From the NCBI RefSeq assembly GCF_001949145.1, contig NW_019091359.1, forward strand, positions 3,592,827 to 3,646,458: DNA of 53,632 nt, in the 5' to 3' direction. Below the pieces are notes generated by a model. The model was not told where the DNA came from. It made no database searches and saw only the letters and a list, made by a program, of their open reading frames with translations. This document shows positions 1 through 12,600 of the stretch, one piece after another. Position numbers and translations under genes: made by a program. Each line of letters begins with the position of its first letter. Position 1 is the stretch's first letter. This stretch comes from Acanthaster planci. Taxonomy: Eukaryota.

Positions 1-1394
1 ATGAATATGGAAGTTCTCGTAGCATGAACATAAAAAAGGCAATAAAACATCCCTTGAAAATCGTGAGACACAGTTGACAGAAAGGTTAAGTTAGACAGAA
101 AGGTACTCTTTGACGGTTTACATTAAAAGAAATTGTTGTAGCTATCCTTTAAATAAGAAGTTGCAAATTTAGATTGTCAAAATGCAACTTGATGCAAGAT
201 AGGTTGTCACTGAATATTCAAATTTTATAAATCACATGATCACGTTATCGTTCATGCCATTTCATAACAGTCCAGTCTGAGTACAAGCCAGTGTTGGAGC
301 AAAGGTTTTGATTCTCAAGGCCAAGACTTTGACCCACAATCCTTACGTCCAAGACTTAACCCTGAAGGTCAAGGCCCTGCAGTGCAAAGTTACTACTACG
401 CCTGTAAAACATGTCACATCATATCTTGACTTAAGTATCGTCAGACTGGCAGTTGTTCTCAATGCCACCCTATTTGTTATCTTATTACAGTGGCATAAAA
501 TTGTCGCTTGTCCCGATGCTATGTTACTGTTATACAGTATCTGTATAATGACGTCTTGTCGTGCAGTAGCATCGTATTATCCTGCCGTCGTGTGGCACTT
601 TCGTGTCCGATCGAGCTTTGCGTCGTGCCGCTTGTTTGCACGTTGTGCTGTTGCGTCTGCCGTCGCAACGAAAGTTTGCGTCATGCCGGCGAGCTGTCGT
701 GCCGTGCCACTGCAGAGTCGAGTCTTTGTCCTGCTGTTGCCTCAGACTTGTGGAAAATAGACGCGCCCTTACAGACGTAACTTAAGACGTCGGCTTGTTC
801 CTACAGACTGGTTAATAAGTCAGCAAGTCACTACTAAAGCGTTTTATTACTTATAAGCCTGAATACAATACTACAAGGTATATCATAGAAATATGTCAAA
901 ACTCATCCATAGCTAACATTATTCATATGTTCATACTATCTTCATACATATGATCGTGGAGTGGATTTCGGAATGCTCAAACAGCAATTTTACCCTTAAA
1001 TTTCACTGTTTTGTCAGAATTAGGAGAGAAAGAACTTTCTACTTAATGGAAGACTGTTTCACCTTGTTTGAAGATCTTCCATTTATGATTTGTTCATGTG
1101 CTGTTTACATTACGACCCTGGGGACAATATGGGGAACTTCTTTAACCACAACATGTTCCTGATTTTAAGGAGCACCTCCAAGGAAAAAACATGTTTTCTC
1201 TGATTTTATCTGTTCAAATAAATATGGAAGCATCCAAATCGAACGCAGTGTCATTTGTTTTCACAGGTCAACCATAACAAGCTAAAAAGGTTTTTTTTCT
1301 GAACACCTGTGAAACTTGTATTTTTCCTGATTTTCTTAATTGGGGATATTTATCCCTGTTGTCTGTGGCAACTGATTTACTGGTCTGGACCCCT

Positions 1395-2064
1395 NNNNNN
1401 NNNNNNNNNNNNNNNNNNNNNNNNNNNNNNNNNNNNNNNNNNNNNNNNNNNNNNNNNNNNNNNNNNNNNNNNNNNNNNNNNNNNNNNNNNNNNNNNNNNN
1501 NNNNNNNNNNNNNNNNNNNNNNNNNNNNNNNNNNNNNNNNNNNNNNNNNNNNNNNNNNNNNNNNNNNNNNNNNNNNNNNNNNNNNNNNNNNNNNNNNNNN
1601 NNNNNNNNNNNNNNNNNNNNNNNNNNNNNNNNNNNNNNNNNNNNNNNNNNNNNNNNNNNNNNNNNNNNNNNNNNNNNNNNNNNNNNNNNNNNNNNNNNNN
1701 NNNNNNNNNNNNNNNNNNNNNNNNNNNNNNNNNNNNNNNNNNNNNNNNNNNNNNNNNNNNNNNNNNNNNNNNNNNNNNNNNNNNNNNNNNNNNNNNNNNN
1801 NNNNNNNNNNNNNNNNNNNNNNNNNNNNNNNNNNNNNNNNNNNNNNNNNNNNNNNNNNNNNNNNNNNNNNNNNNNNNNNNNNNNNNNNNNNNNNNNNNNN
1901 NNNNNNNNNNNNNNNNNNNNNNNNNNNNNNNNNNNNNNNNNNNNNNNNNNNNNNNNNNNNNNNNNNNNNNNNNNNNNNNNNNNNNNNNNNNNNNNNNNNN
2001 NNNNNNNNNNNNNNNNNNNNNNNNNNNNNNNNNNNNNNNNNNNNNNNNNNNNNNNNNNNNNNNN
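1395..2064. other. Assembly gap (N run); other gaps at 7015-7449, 14632-14985 and 50272-50840
   Basis: Runs of N. Confidence 1.
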
Positions 2065-2988
2065 AAATACCCGAAATTCAAACAAATCAGGAAAAATACT
2101 TACCGGTTTCTCAGGCGTTTGAGACGCACGACAAATCAAAGCCCAGTTTCTGATTTTTCATTTTCTTGTCAAATTTCCATTCATTAACCGATGACTTCTG
2201 AAGATATTTGTTTCCGCGGAAGGTCACCCCTAAAAATGCAGTCTTCTCGCCCCTGGTCATTTTGAAATATCGATGCCGACACTGCTTGAAAAATAGACCG
2301 TTTTCAGGCACCCATTTCTTCCCGATCTCACTCTGACGCAAGCTGGTATTCTCTTTGCCCGCCTAAACCTGTCTTTTCTACAAATCTTCAAGTTCATGGG
2401 CCACAAAATGCCATATTTTGTAGACAATTTGAGTGCATACCAAATAATTGCAATTTGGCCTGTGCAAGCAGTTTTCGGCCTATTTATACTGACATGCATC
2501 CTTTAGTCCCCCCCCCCGAAAACGTGAAAAATTGGAAAAGGTTCTCTCCCCTCCAGGTTATGGGCCTATGACCTCGGGTGGGGCTGATAGTGCATAACTG
2601 TGTAGTTTGGCCATTAGGCTAACGTCTGTGAATTTCCATCTTCTTCAACTGCCGGAAATAATCACTTGTGACTAGCGACTGCAAACTATAGGGTTCATTT
2701 CTGTTGATTAGGGTTAGGTTGGCTAACTATAGGTTCTAAACTCGCACACAGGGTTTGCTCTTGAAGGGGGAGGGGACGCAGTATAGTACTCATGTTTTGA
2801 AACTCGGACTCTATGCTGGACCAAAAAGAAATTTGACTTTCAAAATTTCGCCAAGCAGCCCATCACTCTCCTGTCTTGTAATACCACATTACATCCACCA
2901 GTCAAAATAATTTAACTGGCCAAAAGTTTTCAGGCAAGCCAATGGTGGTTTCCCCCTTCCATCAGGCTTGAATATGGGAATGAAATTT

Positions 2989-4530
2989 GCTCAAGGTACT
3001 ACATCAAAATGATTTGTTGATGGCCGTGAACAGCAAACACGTTACACTTCTGGTATTATTAGATTTGAGCGCAGCTTTCGACACATTAGATCATGATGTT
3101 CGTTTGAGTTTACTCCAGTCACGTTTTAAAATTATCGGCACTGCCCTCAACTTGTTTAACTCATATTTGGGTGGTAGATCTCAAAGGGTTTTGGTCAATG
3201 GTAAACTATCTAGTAAACGTAATCTTGAATGGGGTGTTCCTCAAGGATCTTGTACACTAGTCAGTTGTTTGACATCGTCAATGCTCATCACCCAAGAATC
3301 CATTGCTATGCTGACGATACTCAGTTGTATTTATCTTTTTGTCCAGATGAAAGTGGTAGTAAGGAATTTGCCCTGTCAGTTATGGAGGCTTGCATACACG
3401 ATGTCAGACAGTGGATGTTTAATAAAGATTATTTTTGAATGACAATAAAACAGAATTTATCATTATTGGCACTCGTCAACAAATATCCAAGGTAACTTTG
3501 GATGGTATTCATGTTGGGGAATCTGTCATTTCACCCTTGGCTACAGCTGGTAACTTAGGTACCTGGTTTGATGCCAATATGTCTATGAAAACTCATATTA
3601 ATAAGGTTTGTGGTAGCGCATTCTATTATCTGCATAATGTTAGGCACATTCGGAAATATCTCTCCGAGGAATGTACTGAGACACTGATTCATGCATTTAT
3701 CTCAAGTAGATTGGATTACTGTAATAGTTTGTTTTATGGCTTACCCAGTACTCATATTAATCAGCTCTAAAGGGTACAAATGCTTGTGCACGACTCGTCT
3801 ACAAGACACCGACATTTTGTCGAATTACTCCTCTTCTTATTGATTTACATTGGCTTCCGGTTTTATATAGAATTGAATTTAAAATTTTGTTGATGACATA
3901 CAAAGTCTTACATGATTTAGCTCCTCAATGCTTAACTTAGCTTGTCTCCGTAAGGCCTCGGAACCGTTACCATCTTCGTAGTTCCAGTGATGCTGTCCTC
4001 CTCAATTATCCATCAGGTCGGGCTAAGGCTACCCTCGGAGATCGAGCATTTGAGTATTGTGCGCCACATCTCTGGAATAAGCTTCCATGTAATATAAGAA
4101 GTGCTACCAGTGTCATTACTTTTAAATCAATGTTAAAAACATGTCTTTTTAAAAAAAGCATATTATTAATTTCTAAGCTCTGGGTGGTTGTTAATTTTTA
4201 TTGTAATTTTGTCGTCTTTAATTTTGTTGGACCTGTCTGGGAGAATCTGGGTGTTCTCTTGGAGAGTGCTTCCAGTTTTCGGGCACAAGGATGAGTCTTG
4301 GACGCAAGGTGGGTCGTTGGAGGGAGAGTTGGTGCCGGCCGCGTGTGGAAGTCCCACCATGTTTGGTTTAAACTTTTAAATCAATGTTAAATTGTGTTTA
4401 TTTTAATTCTTTTCGGTACATTTTTGTAAATAGTTGTTCTAATAGGTATTTTTAAAAATATTGTTAAGCACTCCTGAACATTTTTAATGAAATGAGCGCT
4501 ATATAAATTGAATTTAATAATAATAATAAT
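2989..4530 (+). mobile_element. 5'-truncated, degenerate L2 (CR1-group) LINE: RT domain, C-terminus, 3'UTR and (AAT)n tail
   Basis: LLVLLDLSAAFDTLDH, WGVPQGS, HCYADDTQLY, LNDNKTEFI, LIHAFISSRLDYCNSL, DLHWLPV, GDRAFEYCAPHLWNKLP; frameshifts, stops and a deletion after PQGS; L2-type end GAGCGCTATATAAAT...(AAT)n. Confidence 0.93.
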
Positions 4531-6183
4531 AAGCTTTTGGTGAGGGCTCTACTAAGAGCACAGCGCTTTACAAACAAAGTTGGAAAATTTCAAATCAGGC
4601 TTTTCTTCTTTGACAACTTTAGACCATTTAGCAATGGAACAGTAGTTCTACAAAAGGCTTGTTGATTTATGGTATTACCTATACTCTCGTGCAATGTGTT
4701 TGTAGTACATACACACTGCGTCTGGTATTAATTGTGAAGCATAACCGTTTTCAAATGAGTGCGTAATAAAATGATCAGAAAGATCGCTTTAAAGGAGACC
4801 TGTTAACTGTCTAAACTGCGCGTAAAATTATTTAGATTTGATTTTGATTAGAGTCCATTCGAGTAGGCCTCAGAATTACAAGAAATAGGCTGGGAGGGCA
4901 GGAGCACTCGCCGTCTTTAATGGTGGCGCTGTTCAAAACGGAAAGTCTCGGACAAGGCGGCGCTCTTCATAAGCCTTGGGTGTGCACCACTAAAAACAAA
5001 TTCCCATAGACAGCAGCGATAAATCCCCATACTTCACAAATATTTTAAAAATACTCACAACTCTCACAGTTGTTCAGGCTGCACAGAAAAATGATGTTCC
5101 ACATGTCCTCTTTCATTTTCCTTTCAATTTTCGGGGGGGTTGACCGATGAATTTTTGAGAAATTTTCACCAGAAGCAGACCACCCTTAAAATGCAGAAAA
5201 TGTCCCTGTGCAGAAAAGTAGCCATTTTGAAAAACCCTCCCCCGGCAAAATGGCTCAAATAGTGCTACTTTCAAACCCGATTGCATCCAAATTGCTCAGA
5301 ATTGGAAGCCCTGAGTCCGGCCAGAGGTTCAGTGCCATATTTCTTCAATCCCCCAGTTCCATGCTTCTCAGGACCCTCTAATATAGAATATTTTGAGCTC
5401 GGCAGACATATTTCTGGCCTGAAAAAAAAAGTGCACCCTTCGGGGCGGTGCGGGATGTCGTGTAGTCTTTGTTCGTGCGCTTATTTGGTGTTTAAACAAG
5501 TCTCCTCCAGCTTCTAGTTCTCGCCCTTGAGCGACTATCCGTTTCGCCGCGGGCGCCTTGATCAAAGGCTAAGACGCAACGTGCACATATATTCAATATT
5601 AGTCTGGTTCCCAAACCAAGAATCTCCGACTACTGTGTCGATTAACATTCAAGAGTCGTCAGGGAATCTTTTGGCAGGGAACCAGACTAGTTCAATACTT
5701 GAGATCAATTTGCAAAAAATACATATTGGAGCCATTTCTGGAAATTTGCTATTGGGCAAGGAGGAGCACTTGATATACACGCAATACTAATCGATAATTG
5801 ACGACGCACTACCCGAAAATTAACGATTTGGGCTCGAGAAATTTGGCTACCACAACCAATTTCTTCAAGCAGATCGAAATGCGAAAGTTTAACGTCTTGT
5901 GAACAAGTCTAGGTTCGCGCCAGCGCAAACTGTGGACTGGAAAATAGTTTAGCTACAATATTGCATATTCATATCATCCGTTGTGCGTGTCGACATAAAC
6001 CAATCAGAACCGGCAAAGTAGTTTCGCCCATTCCACACCCACATAACCACAACAACAAACCTTGTGACGTACGGCGTAGCCAGCAAAATCTAGCACGTGC
6101 AAACGGCCGGTTTGGTGCAGTTCTTTCCCGCGCGATTGTTTCCAAATAAAAAGAGTTTTGATCACACTGGCTAGGCTACATGT

Positions 6184-6345
6184 ATTGGTATGCAAGGTCA
6201 TTGGGCCTTCTCTGCACCGCCATCTTTGTGCCAACTTACGTGGAATCGGGAATGGACAAATGCATAATTAAAAACACACTCACTGCGTCACAGAAGGCAT
6301 AAGGCGTACATTATATAAGCTACGAATCCGTCATAGGGACGAACT
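6184..6345 (+). promoter_or_regulatory. Putative HAL core promoter
   Basis: TATATAAG at 6312-6319, about 105 nt upstream of the ATG; nuclear-receptor half-site CAAGGTCA at 6193-6200; half-CRE TGCGTCA at 6284-6290; reverse CCAAT boxes. Motif matches only. Confidence 0.4.
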
Positions 6346-6422
6346 TTTCGGGCTGAAAAATCGCAGTGATACACTGACGACTTAACCCAATCATTTTTCA
6401 TTTTGTGCTGGTGGGCAAGATC

Positions 6423-6657
6423 ATGAGGGTGAACGTCCGAGTACGTAATGAATGGCTGCTTGTGCCAGCGAAATCATCCAAACTTACGGTAGATTGGTTA
6501 GGGAAGCAAGCCTTGGCCCGTTATCGTACCCTCAAGGATTACGACCAAGAAGAGCAAGATAGCGTGTTGGAGATACGAAAATCGTCAGGAGGAAGTTTGC
6601 TGTTTCCAGGTGACCACATCGAGGATGTTGTGGAAAACGATGGATTCGTCTACACTG
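6423..6657 (+). CDS. HAL: HAL coding exon 1 (Par3/HAL N-terminal domain)
   Basis: [16 protein letters not shown]...[20 protein letters not shown]; donor G|GTGAGC at 6658, phase 1. Confidence 0.9.
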
Positions 6658-9600
6658 GTGAGCAGCAAGACTGAGTAATGATTTTCAATAGCCTACTATA
6701 GCCTAGGCCTATATATCTATGAATTCTTTTGGCCTCACGCAACCCATCTACCCAAAGTAGTGTAGGCCCAAGGGAGCCCCACAAATAGGGCTAATGTGGC
6801 TCTCTTTTACAATATGTCTCTTATCTGTCGCGAAATAAGAGACAGATTGTAAAAGAAAGCCACTACAGCCCTATTTGTGAGGCTGGCCTTGCAGTAGGGC
6901 TGTGGTGGCAACAAATGAGACAGATTGTAAAAGAGAGCCTCTACAGCCTTATTTGTGGGGCTAGCCTTGAAGTAGGGCTGTGGTGGCATAAGAGACGGAT
7001 TTTAAAGAGAGCCANNNNNNNNNNNNNNNNNNNNNNNNNNNNNNNNNNNNNNNNNNNNNNNNNNNNNNNNNNNNNNNNNNNNNNNNNNNNNNNNNNNNNN
7101 NNNNNNNNNNNNNNNNNNNNNNNNNNNNNNNNNNNNNNNNNNNNNNNNNNNNNNNNNNNNNNNNNNNNNNNNNNNNNNNNNNNNNNNNNNNNNNNNNNNN
7201 NNNNNNNNNNNNNNNNNNNNNNNNNNNNNNNNNNNNNNNNNNNNNNNNNNNNNNNNNNNNNNNNNNNNNNNNNNNNNNNNNNNNNNNNNNNNNNNNNNNN
7301 NNNNNNNNNNNNNNNNNNNNNNNNNNNNNNNNNNNNNNNNNNNNNNNNNNNNNNNNNNNNNNNNNNNNNNNNNNNNNNNNNNNNNNNNNNNNNNNNNNNN
7401 NNNNNNNNNNNNNNNNNNNNNNNNNNNNNNNNNNNNNNNNNNNNNNNNNTTACAGCTTTATTTGTGGGGTTAGGCCCAAGGAGGGTCTATGCTTGATGAA
7501 TTGGCTCACAATGCGCTGGGCATAATAAAATCAGTAGTCAGCCTTTGGGCACAAGGGATAGTTTTAACCCTTTCGTCGAACCATTCCTACCTCCATGGTC
7601 AAACCTAGGGGTAGAGGCACTTGGAAAACAAGAATCCTAGAGGGGGGGTGTCTGTAGTATAACTACTTCGAGAACTTAATTAGTTAGTTAAGTCACTAAC
7701 TTTGTGATACTCCGTGTGACTTTCACGAGACAAGGTTTACATGTACATGGCGTCGTAACGCTATGGGGTTTTGGAATCAAATTTTTGTGGTGAAGTGGTT
7801 CACAGCTGTCAGAAAGCTATTAAATCAAATTTTCCTGCTTAATCTATACCTCCTAAAAAGGGGATAACAAAAGTTTCAGAGCGTGAGATGGAGTATTTTT
7901 GGAAAAAAAAATGGAATTTCTGCTCACCAATTTCTCACTTCCACCCGTTGACTGTCGCTTTGTTCATGCCGTTCGTGTTTATCAGACTGCGCATGTGTCG
8001 AGCCCACCAATGACTGCGCTTGCTCCGCATCTTGGCTCAACCATTTCCAGTGGCGAGGGATAGCATCACACACGGCACAGCTCATGTCGCGCGTCTCGCC
8101 TGATGTGTGTTTCTAGGTCACAGCAGGAGCTAGGATGGTCCCAAGATGAAAACAACACAAGATGTCATCCCCATCTCATGCTCTGAAACTTTTGTTATCC
8201 TTAGGATTTGATTTAATAGCTTTCTTAGGGCTGTGAACTTATTAGGAGGTATAGATTAAACAGGTATGCTGTCAGGGGAAAATTTGATTTAATAGCTTTC
8301 TTAGGGCTGTGAACCATTTCACCACAAAAATTTGATTCCAAAACCCCATAGCGTTACGACGCCATGTACATGTAAACCTTGTCTCGTGAAAGTCACACGG
8401 AATATCACGAAGTTAGTGACTTAAAGTTCTCGAAGTAGTTATACTATAGACACCCCCCCTCTAGGATTCTTGTTTTCCAAGTGCCTCTACCCCAAGGTTC
8501 GACCGTGGATTTTGATTCCAAAACCCCATAGCGTTACGACGCCATGTAAACCTTGTCTCCTCCGAGTCACACAGTGATTAGTGATTTAGAGTTCTTGAAG
8601 TATAGTATAACTTTCTGTAGGCCTATGCTTGATTTGAATAAATTGACTATAATTATCACCATTTTGGAAAAAATTCCATTTTCAACCTTCAGTGACCTAT
8701 TTGCCAACTGAAAGTAATAAAATGCCCTAAAGAGTCAAAATTAGCAGTGAAAATATTGAATTATTGACTTTTAAAATACTTTTTACTTTTGGTGTTTCCT
8801 TGTTTCATAAAAGCTTGGAGTACATGTGTAGATTTACTGGTGGAAATGATCTTACGATAAATTACTCGGCGGTGTGTGTGCTCAACTTTGGATGCAGTCT
8901 TCAGGAACCACAAAAATAACTAAAACACCTCCCTAAAAGGATCAGAAAAGAACAGAGCTGCCAAAAATGTATTCCTGACCATATTCCACAACATTTATTA
9001 TAGATCTATACTGCTGACAATGATAATTTGATCAAGTGTTGAAAAGGTGATTAGATTAAGCCTTTGATATTTTTCCTGCAGTTCTTAAGAGTGAACAGAA
9101 GACTGATGGCATAATTTCCTCGTCCACCTTGCATCAGGATGTGTATCCTTTTATCTTAATGTTCTCTTGTTTCCTTTTTTGTCTCAACTGAAGACTGGAA
9201 TGTTTCCAGATCTAAAGAATAAGATTTCATTGTAGTTTCCACTTGGTTGTCTTGAAAAAAGATGTATGACTGCTCTTAATTCTTTTCTCAGGTTTGGCCT
9301 TTTACTGAAATGTTAGCTCAGTAAAATTCCCATTTTAATATTTTTACACAGATTTATTCAAAATACCTTGTTTCCAAAAGCCTGCCTGTCTATAAAATAT
9401 TCGAGGTTGCATGTCTGGAAATTTTTTAAGGAAGATTTGTTAAAATGGCAAAGGTTTTGCTTTTAATATCACCGATTGGAGACCATCCAAGGAAAGACAT
9501 CCGTGAAGTGAGTGTTTGGCAACATTGAAAAACTGGTTCATTTCTTACAGAACGTTATAGTGACATGTATCCTATATTTATATCATGGGAATTAAAAAAA

Positions 9601-12600
9601 AATCCATCCATATGCTCTAAAGAGAAGCAAGCCTACGAAACCAACCCACATAATGCAAACTGTACACCAACGTCTCTGATGTACAAACTTTACATGAATA
9701 GTGTTGACCTGTGAATGAAAAAGGTTCACAAAATGCAGGTTGTATCCACACAAGGTTACTCCTTATCTGGAAAACATGGTTAGAGGCATAAAAGGGTTGG
9801 GGTCATCCGCTGCAACAGTCCAGGAAATCATTATCATCAAATATCTAACTTGAAACAAAATAAAGGAATGTCCACACAAGGCACACATTTGCACCAACAT
9901 GGTACTGAATGCATAGTTTTTATGTGATTCGTTCAATCCATAATCCCACATCAAAATGTTATTTTCAACTGCTCGTCAATTAACAGCTGGTACAGGTTTT
10001 AAGGGCTGACACCTCTTCTTCATTTTCAAACGAGCCACACCTGCACCGGTTATGTGCAATAAATTTACATGCAGTTAACACCAGTACATGTAATGTATAT
10101 TCAGCAACCTTGATTTTGGTAATGGGTAAAGCATACCTGTACATTCAATATGATTGCTTGTAGGTCCCCAGTAAAAAATCTGTTCATGAGTTGGCCTATT
10201 TCTGACCACCAGTTAGGTTTGCCTAATGCATTTGAATGTCAGATTCCCAGTGAGATCAGCATTATTTGATAACTGAGGTTAACCTCTGCCCTAAGAACTG
10301 CTTACCTTTCAGAAAGTCAGTTTCAGTAGAATTCCAGAATTCATATTCGTTGTTCCCATCAGAATGCAGCTTTAGGTATTGTGTACGTTCATTTCCTTGA
10401 CTACAATTTATACTCCAAAATCACAGACACACAACTTTTAAGTCAGCAACAGAGGTAATATAACTTGGGTTTTGACCTGAGTATTGAGATACTGCATATT
10501 TGGAGTCAACTTTGTTGCCTCAGTATTGACATGAGTGGATCAGAACCATTTTTGGGGGAAGGGGAGGGGGCACTTTAGGAGATAGCAAAGTTGGAGGATT
10601 TCCCTCGAATATTTTGGGCTTCTCAAATGTGAGGCTAAATTTGGGAGCTTTTTACACACTGTGGATGGAAGTAGTCCCAAGGTCATCCTTCTGTCATTTA
10701 TTTTAAAAAAACAAAACAAAGTTTAGTGCTTCTTTTTGGATTGGAGGAGGTGGGTGTAGCCCCATTGGCCATCCTGGATCTGGTAGTGATCATTCAGCCC
10801 AACTGATATTCCCTGCATGCTGATCTCAACTTGATCCATGGAAGGGGGTGGACAAAAAATCAAGTGGAGTATTGCACTCTGAAACTACCCTTGCTTGGCG
10901 TATTGATTAGATACACATGCTAGTCATTCCAGGCTCACTCTGAAGATTGATGTAAAACTGATCATCACCTTACTTGCAGTACTTGAGTCTCGATGGATGC
11001 AGCCTCTCCACTGATGATTTGATGAAGCTTGGTGAAGGCAGATATAACATCAAGGTGGGGAAACTAGCTCAACAAAAAATGGCATTTTAAATTTTAAAGC
11101 TTTTCCCTAGTGAATCTAAAGGTTAGTTCATACTGTAGGCGAATGTGAAAATGAAGTGAATTTGGCATCGCAAAATATTTCGCTGCAAAATTCACTGAGT
11201 TGAAAGGTCAACTTTCGCGAAATGGCAATGCAAATATCTGACCTGATGTCACAAAACCACATTCGTGTTTGCTTTCACACTTGAAATAGCCTTTGATCAT
11301 GCATCAATGGGTAGTATTTTTTTATCAGAACAGGGGGATTCTATTGGTTACTGGTTTGTTGGGGGTTGACTTCTTCTGTCATTTGTTGCACATTTGATTC
11401 AGCATGTTACTAACTACTGCTGTCAAAGAAATGTTGATGCGTCATATACGACCGTTTTCCGAGTGGATGTTTGAGGTTTTAGGCATTATTCTTGTTGCCT
11501 AATTGTGTTTTGTCACTGTAAACTTTGTCGTACCGGTACATGCAGAGCAAACTTATAGTTTGACCACTGGCAAATCCTTTTGTGTGTGGTGCGTAGGCAC
11601 AATACAGTCACACTTGAACAGCCTTAGTCAAATGACTTAATAAAATCCCATCATCACTCATATCAGTTTGATGTTTGTTAGCTACATCACTTCTAGCATT
11701 CACAGTGAATGGCATCGCTGATAATTGTTTTCATGTCAGTGGTTCCCTTTGTACATATAAATGAAATTTCTATTGAAGGCTAGAGTGTGACCATGCCTCA
11801 GGGCCTGGTTCCAAATGGTCAACAAGATGGTCCAAACCTTCTACCCTTCTGGTAATAATAAATGGTCAAACTTCTTGCCCATAGATGACCTTCATAAAGG
11901 TCAACTTGGCACCATGGGGTATTAGTGGAAAGGAAATGAATGGACAGTCCTGTTTAAGAGCTTCAGCATTTTGTAAATTAAATTAAGCATCACATGCTCC
12001 TTGCTCAAAATAAGTGAAGTGGTGTGACTTGAACTCAATCAACCAATACAAATGTGCAAGAGAGACATTGAGTTTTACATATAGGCCAAGAATAAACTCA
12101 ATCAGACTCAAAACTCAATCAGAGTGGCTAATATTTTCAGTACACAATCTCTACATTTATTAGTATTATGAAGTATCGACATGTAGAAGAAATGAAAATA
12201 TCGATCATGTCATTGTCTTGACTTTGATGCCATTTTGTATGTGTTGCATGGTCATCATAAATTAAATTCTCTTGGCTGTTTCTATATCCTGCTTAATTGT
12301 TACACCTTCCTGCATGTTGACATTATTGTGCCTTCCTGATTTGCAAATCCATAAAAATGTGAACTTTCCTTCCAGGTACCTCCATGTTGTTTGTTTTGTG
12401 GTTTGGTTTGTACTACACTCTCAACAGCACATGCTGAGGTAGACCTACATGTACATGTATACAAACTAGAGTGCTAACTCATGAACATGTACAAAGTGAT
12501 GCCTGCTGGGCGCATCCACGTTTGTGCCCAAACCTATAAAAAAACTTGATATTTTGTATGGCTTTTGAACGGCTTATGTAGATTATGCCATCCAACATCT

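Noticed and set aside
308..785. Cys/Arg-rich ORFs (150, 90 and 60 aa)
   Set aside because: Produced by a CGTG/TGCCG low-complexity, repeat-like patch; non-ATG starts and no recognisable domain.
1309..2187. Long ORFs spanning N runs (also at 6915-7496, 14599-15102 and 50183-50985)
   Set aside because: Artefacts of gaps translated as X.
2987..3770. Functional reverse transcriptase or novel RT system
   Set aside because: 5'-truncated, frameshifted, stop-containing L2 copy lacking the endonuclease domain.
5368..5565. Minus-strand ORF as first exon of a gene divergent from HAL
   Set aside because: Non-ATG start, no recognisable domain and no convincing donor site.
1..6400. AMDHD1 or FTCD exons upstream of HAL
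   Set aside because: I recognised no amidohydrolase or formiminotransferase peptide. The region looks like LINE and other repeat DNA. Small exons or sequence in the gap cannot be excluded without tBLASTn.
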